24,000 nt of DNA from Candidatus Limiplasma sp. (GTDB lineage: Bacteria > Bacillota > Clostridia > Christensenellales > Aristaeellaceae). This document shows, one piece after another, positions 8,255 through 16,063 of the stretch. Numbering within the stretch: position 1 is the stretch's first letter; the number at the start of each line of letters is the position of its first letter. The position numbers and the translations under genes were made by a program. The notes under the pieces are model-generated. The model saw nothing but the letters and a program-made list of their open reading frames with translations. It did not search any database and was not told where the DNA came from. The stretch lies in the NCBI GenBank assembly GCA_963675655.1, contig OY776489.1, positions 2,967,501 to 2,991,500 on the forward strand, in the 5' to 3' direction.

Positions 8255-8898
8255 AGATGTGCCTCCTTCCTGAAGAATTTAGGTAAATCATTCAGCTTAT
8301 TGAGCAGAATGGCACCCAACGGTGTGAGCGTAAGGGATTGCCAAGCCGTACCCAATAAAAGGCTGGTCCCATAAGAATGAAATGCCGGGTACCGGCTTGC
8401 AAAATAGTAGAAAACAAGCTGCAAGGCAAAATACACAGACACAATAATTGTACTGCCTTTGCGCATGCGCTTGATTTTGTCTTTATTGGTTATCGGTTTA
8501 TTCGGTGAATCAATTGGTACATAGCGATAAATGATCCAGTACGTAAGCATATAGCAAATGATCATCACAATGAGTACAAGAACAGGATCGATAATCGTAG
8601 CTAATATACGCGATGCTAACGCCGCAACTGTACAGTAAATAACGCTGACCACTGTACAGAAATCAGCATCATATGCGTGTGCGCCTCCGCTGTATTTTCG
8701 AAAGATGCTAACCGCAAAACATACGATCATTGCTTCTACAGGCGCACCGACAATAAAACCAAAAATCAATGCAAGTATAATGGTAATTCCTATTTGGACA
8801 ATTGCCAATAAACCATAAGCTACAACCGCTTCGCGTTCCTCATCATATCCTAGAGAAACAGCAATTTTATTGGCCAGCCTCCTTACCATTTTCTCCAC
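8251..8898 (-). CDS. agrB: AgrB-family membrane endopeptidase (AgrD processing and cyclisation)
   Basis: 215-aa polytopic ORF with the AgrB signature FRKYSGGAHAYDADFCTVVS (conserved GG-H...C catalytic His/Cys pair). It sits immediately upstream of, and translationally coupled to, agrD. Confidence 0.85.
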   Translation of the reverse strand: MEKMVRRLANKIAVSLGYDEEREAVVAYGLLAIVQIGITIILALIFGFIVGAPVEAMIVCFAVSIFRKYSGGAHAYDADFCTVVSVIYCTVAALASRILATIIDPVLVLIVMIICYMLTYWIIYRYVPIDSPNKPITNKDKIKRMRKGSTIIVSVYFALQLVFYYFASRYPAFHSYGTSLLLGTAWQSLTLTPLGAILLNKLNDLPKFFRKEAHL

Positions 8899-9391
8899 TT
8901 TTTTCTACCTTCTTTTTATTGATTGCTTTAGAAATATAATATCCTGAGACTACAAAAATAGCCAAGAATATCGTTGAGGGTATCGCATAGAGGGCTTGTT
9001 CAAGCGGTTTTGCTGACTTGACAAGTAAATATGCCTGCTCCTTACCATACATCACATTAAGCAGTAAGGAATTAAGTATTTCTGAGACAGAATTAAATAC
9101 AAGAATGATAACTGCAGCAATTACCTCTCGAGGCATTTTTGATAATTCAATATGGTACATTCTTTGAAAACTGAATATCATCACAAATAATGATAAAACA
9201 GTATTAATCCCAAGCGTGATGGGTAAAAAACGGATTAAATATGTAATGACGATATAAAGTGAGCTGAGTAATAAATACTTTTTCTTGTCAACAGGGATCC
9301 CCACCAGAATATGCATAGCCCACGCTATTAAAAAACCTTCCGGAATACCCTTGAGTAAAAACATATGTAGAGTAACCGCAATGCTGTTCAT
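8867..9391 (-). CDS. Small polytopic membrane protein of unknown function (about 5 TM helices, Lys-rich C-terminal tail)
   Basis: 174-aa ORF with an ATG start and AGGAGG 8 nt upstream. Its 3' end overlaps the agrB start by 32 nt. I recognise no catalytic motif. Confidence 0.65.
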   Translation of the reverse strand: MNSIAVTLHMFLLKGIPEGFLIAWAMHILVGIPVDKKKYLLLSSLYIVITYLIRFLPITLGINTVLSLFVMIFSFQRMYHIELSKMPREVIAAVIILVFNSVSEILNSLLLNVMYGKEQAYLLVKSAKPLEQALYAIPSTIFLAIFVVSGYYISKAINKKKVEKSGENGKEAGQ

Positions 9392-9411
9392 CGTGCTTTC
9401 CTCCTAAAATA

Positions 9412-9969
9412 TTATTGCTTTTGTCGGTCCGTAAAACGTAAATTTACCGCACGAATCATTGAGTAAAGCATAATACATACGAACAAGTGTATTAGTACAT
9501 CCCCCGCACTCAGAATACAGTAGCCATAGTCGATAAAATCTGTTAAGAATTTCAGCTTGGTTTCCGGTCCGCCTAAAGTGTGCATCGTGTCTGCTGTGGA
9601 AACCATCTCCGGCGTAACATACCCTGTCAGATAAGATAGTGATGGGAAAACAGGCATTTGTCCATTGTTTTGCGCAATGGCCAGCTTGTTGAGCAATGTA
9701 CCGGCGCCAATACATACAGAACCTGCAATCGCTGGTTTATACAATTTAAAAACAAATATTGCAAATAAAAATGAAAGTATAACAGCAGGTTCGGTGTACG
9801 GTACCAGTTGCACAAACATATAATTCCTAAGAAAAATACTTGCCTGAAAAACGACCAGCACGCACTGCATGATTAACACCGGATAAAAGGTCCATGTTTT
9901 GAAGAGATATTTCAGTTTGTAATGCTTTAACTTTGCGATTATGCATACCAGAATGATTTCGACAACCAT
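9412..9969 (-). CDS. Polytopic membrane protein, DUF5317-like
   Basis: I place the start at the ATG at 9969 (AGGAGG 8 nt upstream) rather than the track's GTG at 9978. Blocks ...LLNKLAIAQNNGQMPVFP... and ...TKLKFLTDFIDYGYCILSAGDVLIHL... match my recollection of the DUF5317 family. The family assignment is from memory and is not verified. Confidence 0.6.
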   Translation of the reverse strand: MVVEIILVCIIAKLKHYKLKYLFKTWTFYPVLIMQCVLVVFQASIFLRNYMFVQLVPYTEPAVILSFLFAIFVFKLYKPAIAGSVCIGAGTLLNKLAIAQNNGQMPVFPSLSYLTGYVTPEMVSTADTMHTLGGPETKLKFLTDFIDYGYCILSAGDVLIHLFVCIMLYSMIRAVNLRFTDRQKQ

Positions 9970-10128
9970 GGTATGCACCTCCTGCCTGCGTGTTTTACGT
10001 CAACAAATCTAGCATACCAAATACATTCTGAAAAAACAACCTGTATATCCGGTATGTTTTCATGCCATTTTGATGTGTATTAATAGAACACATTTCTGAT
10101 AATGAATTATTCAGTGACTTTAGGTATT

Positions 10129-10137
10129 ATTATACCA
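10129..10137 (-). promoter_or_regulatory. Extended -10 element (TGGTATAAT), a candidate promoter for the agr-type operon
   Basis: The minus strand reads ...GGGATAATATGGTATAATAATACC..., about 160 nt upstream of the first gene, with no good -35. A second, weaker candidate (TTGTTT-17 nt-TGgTATGCT) lies nearer, at about 10008-10039. Confidence 0.35.
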
Positions 10138-10208
10138 TATTATCCCGATTATAATGTTGTATTATTTGATTTGGTTCAAATGCGAACCATGCGTATGTTA
10201 TAAAAACA

Positions 10209-10244
10209 GAAAAAATCCATCATACCAAATTATGATATGATGGA
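10209..10244 (-). terminator. Rho-independent terminator ending the polysaccharide operon
   Basis: The minus strand reads TCCATCATA-TCATAATTTGG-TATGATGGA (9-bp perfect stem, 10216-10244) followed directly by TTTTTTCTGTTTTT. It lies 32 nt after the stop at 10276. Confidence 0.85.
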
Positions 10245-10275
10245 AAACTGTAAATGTGCTGTTATTTGTATAACA

Positions 10276-12543
10276 TCATTTTAACACGCTACCCAATGCT
10301 GCGAATTGATAAGGATCGTCCTGATACTTCCTCTCCATTTCGCTCAGGTAGATATCCAATGCAGCTGCTGTATAGATGCTATTATCAGACATGTGCATAA
10401 CCAGTACTGCACCGCTCTTTGTATACTTTTTCAGGTTGCTTGCCAGTTTATCTGCGCTGGAGGCTTTATAATCCTGACTTGAATAACTGCCGGATACTGA
10501 GAACAGATAGCCACAATCAAACACCTTTGTTAAGCCGCTTTTACTTACAGCCAGCGTTGGCGGGCGGAACAAACGTACCAATGCAGGTTGTCCACCCACG
10601 GATACATCCCCGATAATGGCTTGAAGTGCGTCGTAGGAGTTAATCAATTCGCCTTCCAGCTCATCCAATTGTTCGTTGCTAAGTTCTGTAAACTTCTTTC
10701 CTGTGCCGACGTCGTTTGAAAGCTGGAAATGCGAATACGTATGGCTTGCTACATTGTGCCCCGCAATCGCAATGGAACGCAGCAAATTTGGATTATACTG
10801 CACATTCTTTGCCACGACAAAGAATGTGGCCTTAGCGTTATGAGCTTTCAATACATCCAGTATCTTTGTGATGGTTTCATCCGTTCCCCAGTCATCAAAG
10901 GTTAAAAAGACCATATTCTGATCGTTGGGTACAAGCCCGGTTTTATCCAGGCGCTTAATCTCATCCTTCGTAAACCCCGGCAGGAAATTGGACGAACTGA
11001 CCCAATCTACGCCGATATAGCGTGTTGCAATCGCCGTCATCACATCGCCGGTAAGCTGCCCCGGATATATTTTATCCTTTACCGCAGAGAGAATAGAACT
11101 ATCCGCCAAAGGGTACTGATACGTATATTCACTGTTGTTAGCAATCGCCGTAAGGGATTTCAGGCTATAGATATTACGGTTTTTCGCAATCAGACCGATC
11201 AGTTCACCTAGCAACTGATTGCTTTTTTGGTACTGGTTCATCTGAAAATGAATGATTTCGCCCCGCTGTAACATACCTTGATTTTCCGGCAGCAGGTCTT
11301 CCAGTATCGCTTCCGCATCCGTTGCGCGAATATCATTGGTACGTACGGCGTTTACCATCGAGGATGCAAGCATATAACCGCCTGCACCGCAAGCGCGTTT
11401 GAGCAAACTGTTCGCGTTGCCATACACAGGCCGTACCGCCATATCATCCGTGTAAGTATATAAAGTACGTATAGTTTCTTCGGTTTTCATGATCTGCAGC
11501 AGCATTGCCTCGGCATTTGAATAAAGAGAAGGCTGTATAGCGATACCCAGACTTTGTCCCGCGTCTAAAATCTGCTGTATTTCATCTGTATAGCGGGTTG
11601 CTTCATCCAACGTAACAAAGAAGGTTCCGGTACCTTTTACGGTTTTTAATGTTTGCAAAACACCGCTTAACTCCGCTTGATTGCCAAGTCCGGAAAAGGT
11701 GAACGCAACGGCTCTTTCTGTTGTGTACACCCTTATCATCGCATCAGCTGAATCATCGTTTTCCTGCAAAAGTGCTTCAGAACTCGCGCCTAAATCGGTT
11801 GAGGCTAATGCAGAACATATTGCAGAAACCGCTGTGGATGCGCCGGCTTCTTTTGCAGTAAGCTCTACACAGAGAATAGAACCTCTAACTAGGCCATCCA
11901 CAGTTTTTTTAGCTATTGTACTTGTTGGAATATCGGCAAGCGTAATGGTTTTTGTCGGTACAACCACCGTATCCATAGAGCTGGCGTATGCAGCGGCTAA
12001 AAGCTCGTCATTTGCCGATTGCGGTGATAAGACCTGCGAAGGCCATAGCCCCACCTCGTTTTGTATTGTACCGCCTGAGCGGACAAAATCAGACACAATG
12101 CTCTCGACCGATGCGGATGTTACCGTAGATCCGTTTCCTTCGTACACAACGCCGACTACATAACCGGCATTGGCAATCATCCCAAGGCTCTCCTTATACT
12201 CGGATGCATCTTGCCCAGAGATGAAGAAAGAGGCGATAACATCGTTGCTTTCCATGGCATTGATCAGATTTTGTGTGGTTTGGGAATCGCTTAAACCTTT
12301 AAAAACCAGTTCAACCTTTTGCGACGTATCGTCACTTGCGGTTGTTCTTAGTAAAGCGATATCATCCTCGCCACGGTTTTGGTAATTCGTGACCGCTTCA
12401 TTGATGCGAATAATGGTTTGCTCTGATTGAGAAACGGGTACGATCGCACGCTGATCATCCGATCGGTACATTTTTACCGCTAAAAAGCAGCCGGCGATTA
12501 CCAGGAGAAAGAATACGGTATGCCGTAATTGTTTTTTCCACAT
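10276..12543 (-). CDS. Secreted or lipid-anchored triple NodB-module protein; only the C-terminal CE4 polysaccharide deacetylase domain is intact (paralog B)
   Basis: The start is taken at the ATG at 12543 (MWKKQLRHTVFFLLVIAGC...), which aligns with the paralog's N-terminus and has AGGAGG 13 nt upstream. There is a possible lipobox, IAGC. The C-terminal CE4 motifs are intact: LTFDDWG (10888-10902), SHTYSH (10729-10743), LFRPP and LVMHMSD. Two upstream NodB-like modules have VFKGL and TFSGL in place of TFDDG and lack the His-His motif. Confidence 0.85.
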   Translation of the reverse strand: MWKKQLRHTVFFLLVIAGCFLAVKMYRSDDQRAIVPVSQSEQTIIRINEAVTNYQNRGEDDIALLRTTASDDTSQKVELVFKGLSDSQTTQNLINAMESNDVIASFFISGQDASEYKESLGMIANAGYVVGVVYEGNGSTVTSASVESIVSDFVRSGGTIQNEVGLWPSQVLSPQSANDELLAAAYASSMDTVVVPTKTITLADIPTSTIAKKTVDGLVRGSILCVELTAKEAGASTAVSAICSALASTDLGASSEALLQENDDSADAMIRVYTTERAVAFTFSGLGNQAELSGVLQTLKTVKGTGTFFVTLDEATRYTDEIQQILDAGQSLGIAIQPSLYSNAEAMLLQIMKTEETIRTLYTYTDDMAVRPVYGNANSLLKRACGAGGYMLASSMVNAVRTNDIRATDAEAILEDLLPENQGMLQRGEIIHFQMNQYQKSNQLLGELIGLIAKNRNIYSLKSLTAIANNSEYTYQYPLADSSILSAVKDKIYPGQLTGDVMTAIATRYIGVDWVSSSNFLPGFTKDEIKRLDKTGLVPNDQNMVFLTFDDWGTDETITKILDVLKAHNAKATFFVVAKNVQYNPNLLRSIAIAGHNVASHTYSHFQLSNDVGTGKKFTELSNEQLDELEGELINSYDALQAIIGDVSVGGQPALVRLFRPPTLAVSKSGLTKVFDCGYLFSVSGSYSSQDYKASSADKLASNLKKYTKSGAVLVMHMSDNSIYTAAALDIYLSEMERKYQDDPYQFAALGSVLK

Positions 12544-12676
12544 GGTGCAATTCATTCCTCCTGTTTTCATATGAAATGCGTCGTTATAGACTTTACATGG
12601 TGTTGATTTAATAAAGCGTAATGGGAAAAGCATGGTTGAGTAGGATCACTATTAGTATAGCTGTTTTTACCAGAAA

Positions 12677-14953
12677 CTACAACGCATCATTCAAGCCAAT
12701 AAACTGATAAGGCTCTTCAGCGTTTTCCGCTTCCATCACCGTCAGGTATAAATCCAGCGCTTCTGCGGTATACTGACTGGTGTCCGACATATGCATTAAA
12801 AGAATCGCGCCGCTTTTTGTATTCTTCTCCAAACTGGCGGCTAATTTCTCTGCGCTGACAGCATCATAGTCGTGGCTGGAATAGCTACCGGATATGGAGA
12901 AAGTAAAACCACAATCCAACACCGCTTCTATCCCTCTTTTACTTACCGCTAAAGTCGGCGGCCGAAACAACAGAGATAGCGATGGTTTATCCCCAGACTT
13001 TACATCACCGACAATATGCTGTAATACATTATAAGATGTCGTCAATTCCGCCTGCAATTCCGTCACCTGCTGCGAGGTTAAATCAGTATACTTTAGCTTG
13101 CTACTCTTTGTGTCCACATTTGCCAATGGTGTATGTAAATGGGAATGGCATCCTATTGTATGGCCCTCAACTGCAATGGCACGAAGTAAGTTGGGATTAT
13201 ACTTCACTTTCCCGGTAAGGATAAAGAAGGTTGCTTTTGCGTGATGCGCCTTAAGCACATCCAGTATAGCCGTTATCGTTTGGTCTGTGCCCCAGTCGTC
13301 AAACGTAAGAAATACCCTGTTAAAATTATTCACGATGAGTCCCGTTTTATCAAGCCGTTTAATCTCATCCTTGGTAAAACCGGGTAAATACTGCGAAACC
13401 GATACCCAATCCGTGCCAATGTATCTTAACTCAATCGAAAGCTCGGTATCACCGGTCATTTGCCCTGGATAGATTTTATCCAATACTTCGGGCAGAATAT
13501 CGCTGTCTGCGAGGGGATACTGATATACGTAATCCGTGTTATTCACGATCGCCAAGATGGGCTTTATGCTATAAATATTCCGCTCTGTAGCAATGAGCAG
13601 TACCAATTGGCCAAGCAATTCATCACTTTTTTGATACTGATTCATGAGGAAATGGACAATTTCTCCTCGCTGCAACACACCGGCGGCTTTTGGAAGAATA
13701 CTTTCGACAATCGCTTGAGCATCGGTAGCGCGGGTATCATCGCTACGTACTGCATTTACCATAGCAGAAACCAGCGTGAAGCCTCCTGCACCACAGGCTT
13801 GCTTAAGCATCTGGGTAGCATAGCCGTAAATCGTACGCACAGGCAACGCATCTGTATAGTGAAAAATGCAAGACAGGTTTTCCTGTATGCTTAGCATTTC
13901 TTCCAGCAGCGTAGCGGCATCTTTGCTTTCTGTGGTTTGTACTGCAATCCCCAAACTATGCCCATACAACAATACTTGTGATATTTCTTCCGGGTGATGG
14001 TTAATGTCATCCTGCGATACAAAGAACGTCGCTTTCCCGCTCACTGCATCCAATGCTTCTAAAACGCTTTGCAATTCAGCATCATTGCCCAAACCATAAA
14101 AGGTAAATGCTACTGCCCGTTCTGTGGTATATACCTGCGTAATCGGCTCATTTGCCTGTGTCTCTCTTGCTAATAGTTCTTTGGTATAAGCCTGCAGATC
14201 TGTATTCGCCAGTGTCAGGCAGAAAGCGGAAAAACCGTTTGTATTCCAGTTGGCATCTGTCTGGTTAGGCAACTCGATACATACAATTTCTTCGCGTTTC
14301 AGGGCCGCAACTTGCGTTTCTGCATCCTTTTGGGTGTCTATTGCATCCAATTGCAGCGTTGTACTTGGTATAACAATCGTATCCATATTGCAGGCAAACG
14401 CGATTGTTGCCAATGCTGTATCTTTAGTTGACTGTGCCATGATTTTTGCAGGCCAAATGCCGGTTAGCTGCTGTATTTGCTCTCCGGTCTGCACCAGCTG
14501 GGTAATCAGGCCCTCAGCTGTTTCATCATCCGTCACCGTACCTTGATCGATCGCAATGCCGATAGAATACCCAGATTCTACAATTTGCGATAAACTTGCG
14601 GGATATGCCTCAACATCACTCGCCGATACAAAAAAAGATGCGGTTAAACCATTTTGCGCAATGATGCTTAACATACTTCGCGTCGTGCGAATATCGCTTA
14701 ATCCCCGCATGACGATTTCGGCTTTCTCGCGGATGTTCTCTCCGGCTTTTTTCCGTAATATTGCCGTATCGCCAATACCATGCTGATGATATCGCTCAAT
14801 CGCCGTGCTAATTTGCTCGGTCAGCTGTTGCTCCGGTGAAGGTGTCGCCTCAGTATCGCGCTGCTCTGATGGGAACACTTCCGCCGCATATAAGCTGCCC
14901 GCAATCGCCAGCATCACGATAACAGCGAAAATAAGCTGCTTTTTCCACGCCAA
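12677..14953 (-). CDS. Secreted triple NodB-module protein; only the C-terminal CE4 polysaccharide deacetylase domain is intact (paralog A)
   Basis: 758-aa ORF with a TTG start and AAGGGAG 7 nt upstream, one nt after the preceding stop. It has an N-terminal signal/anchor. The C-terminal domain has LTFDDWG (13292-13306), CHSHLH, LFRPP and LLMHMSD. The two upstream modules are degenerate (IVMRGL, FTFYGL). By eye it is about 55-70% identical to the 10276-12543 product. Confidence 0.85.
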   Translation of the reverse strand: MAWKKQLIFAVIVMLAIAGSLYAAEVFPSEQRDTEATPSPEQQLTEQISTAIERYHQHGIGDTAILRKKAGENIREKAEIVMRGLSDIRTTRSMLSIIAQNGLTASFFVSASDVEAYPASLSQIVESGYSIGIAIDQGTVTDDETAEGLITQLVQTGEQIQQLTGIWPAKIMAQSTKDTALATIAFACNMDTIVIPSTTLQLDAIDTQKDAETQVAALKREEIVCIELPNQTDANWNTNGFSAFCLTLANTDLQAYTKELLARETQANEPITQVYTTERAVAFTFYGLGNDAELQSVLEALDAVSGKATFFVSQDDINHHPEEISQVLLYGHSLGIAVQTTESKDAATLLEEMLSIQENLSCIFHYTDALPVRTIYGYATQMLKQACGAGGFTLVSAMVNAVRSDDTRATDAQAIVESILPKAAGVLQRGEIVHFLMNQYQKSDELLGQLVLLIATERNIYSIKPILAIVNNTDYVYQYPLADSDILPEVLDKIYPGQMTGDTELSIELRYIGTDWVSVSQYLPGFTKDEIKRLDKTGLIVNNFNRVFLTFDDWGTDQTITAILDVLKAHHAKATFFILTGKVKYNPNLLRAIAVEGHTIGCHSHLHTPLANVDTKSSKLKYTDLTSQQVTELQAELTTSYNVLQHIVGDVKSGDKPSLSLLFRPPTLAVSKRGIEAVLDCGFTFSISGSYSSHDYDAVSAEKLAASLEKNTKSGAILLMHMSDTSQYTAEALDLYLTVMEAENAEEPYQFIGLNDAL

Positions 14954-14954
14954 G

Positions 14955-15980
14955 TTAATATTCTCCCTTTATATCAGGCGTAATAAGCTCACTTTTCCAG
15001 TCGTTTACATCGTTGCCGCCCAATCTGAAGAAATCAAACGAAGAAAAACCGTTTTGCACGCACGTGTCGCGCCATATCGCGAGCGTTTCCGCATCTGCAT
15101 ACCAAACTTCGTGCGTTTCCCCATCAAAATCATAAATTGCGCACAACGCGCCGCTGTCGGCATCCCGTATGGGCATTGCATCTGCTTCGCACAGGTTCTC
15201 TTCGGCTTGCTGCTGTGTTAGCGAAGTGATCTCATCCCCGTGCCAATCAAATCCCCCGGTTGCAAACGCCATACTTACATTGGGCAAAAGCGACTGGTAA
15301 TAAGCACAGGTCTCATCTAAAAAGGCAATGTCAGCTTTGGGCCCCGGGCCGCTGTGATACCCAAACAGGTTATAACACATTACACTGTATTCCGGTCCCT
15401 GCGGTAAATCAACATAGTTAGGAGCATTCCACGGCAGTACAATACGTAATTGAATACCATCGCGCTCGCAAACTGACCATGCCTGTTGAATAAAGGTTGC
15501 GTATTGTTGCCAAAGTTCCGTATCTGTGCGTATATTCTCATAATCCAGTTCAATCCCAGTAAGACTATATCGATCAATCAGGCTTATGAGTGCTTCCAGA
15601 TGTAACGCCATAGATTCTTCATCTGCAAAGAGACGGCGAAGCAAGTCGGCATTTTTATTATCATAAACGTTGGTCTCGATTTCGATATCATTTACCACAG
15701 ATAGGTAAACATCCGTACCGGTATCCATGCAGTCTTTTTGAAGCGCGCGCAGCATGGTTTCGGTTTCATCCAGCATCAACAAATCGTCATTCGCATCGAA
15801 GATACACGCAAAAGCGATCACTTTATCCAGCTTATCCGTAAGTGAATTCAATTCCAGTATAGAATCGTCATACTCCCAATAAGGCATCCATGCGCCGTAT
15901 TGATAATTCTCCGCTATTGCGCCGGAGTACACCCCCGCCAGCAGTATAAGAACTGCAAATAGGCAAAGTTTCTTCTTCAC
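14955..15980 (-). CDS. Secreted GH18-like (chitinase-fold) glycoside hydrolase
   Basis: GTG start with AAGGAGG 7 nt upstream. The signal peptide is MKKKLCLFAVLILLAGVYSGAIA. LTGIELDYE aligns with the GH18 DGxDxDxE block and retains the D-x-E catalytic pair. The overall pattern resembles YaaH/YdhD-type GH18 proteins. Confidence 0.65.
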   Translation of the reverse strand: MKKKLCLFAVLILLAGVYSGAIAENYQYGAWMPYWEYDDSILELNSLTDKLDKVIAFACIFDANDDLLMLDETETMLRALQKDCMDTGTDVYLSVVNDIEIETNVYDNKNADLLRRLFADEESMALHLEALISLIDRYSLTGIELDYENIRTDTELWQQYATFIQQAWSVCERDGIQLRIVLPWNAPNYVDLPQGPEYSVMCYNLFGYHSGPGPKADIAFLDETCAYYQSLLPNVSMAFATGGFDWHGDEITSLTQQQAEENLCEADAMPIRDADSGALCAIYDFDGETHEVWYADAETLAIWRDTCVQNGFSSFDFFRLGGNDVNDWKSELITPDIKGEY

Positions 15981-16063
15981 GCATGATCCTCCTTGGACGT
16001 GTATATTTCGCCATCACAAGACTATTGGTTCAAACGCCATGCATATTGATCGTATAATGCAGA

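Noticed and set aside
10096-10114. Imperfect palindrome CTGATAATGAATTATTCAG and a 6-bp inverted repeat ATGTGT...ACACAT (10072-10092) upstream of the agr-type operon, considered as operator sites
   Set aside because: Both are short, AT-rich and imperfect, and are expected by chance in an AT-rich intergenic region. There is no match to AgrA or VirR box consensus.
6373-10200. AgrC histidine kinase or AgrA LytTR regulator within the agr-type locus
   Set aside because: No H-box/HATPase or receiver/LytTR motifs occur in any ORF here. The 174-aa membrane protein has no kinase domain, so it is not called AgrC.
12544-12633. A 30-codon N-terminal extension of the 785-aa deacetylase ORF, and similarly 2999-3052 for bcp and 9970-9978 for the DUF5317-like gene
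   Set aside because: The internal ATG starts have properly spaced AGGAGG/GAGGAG sites and align with the paralog or family N-termini. The extensions do not.
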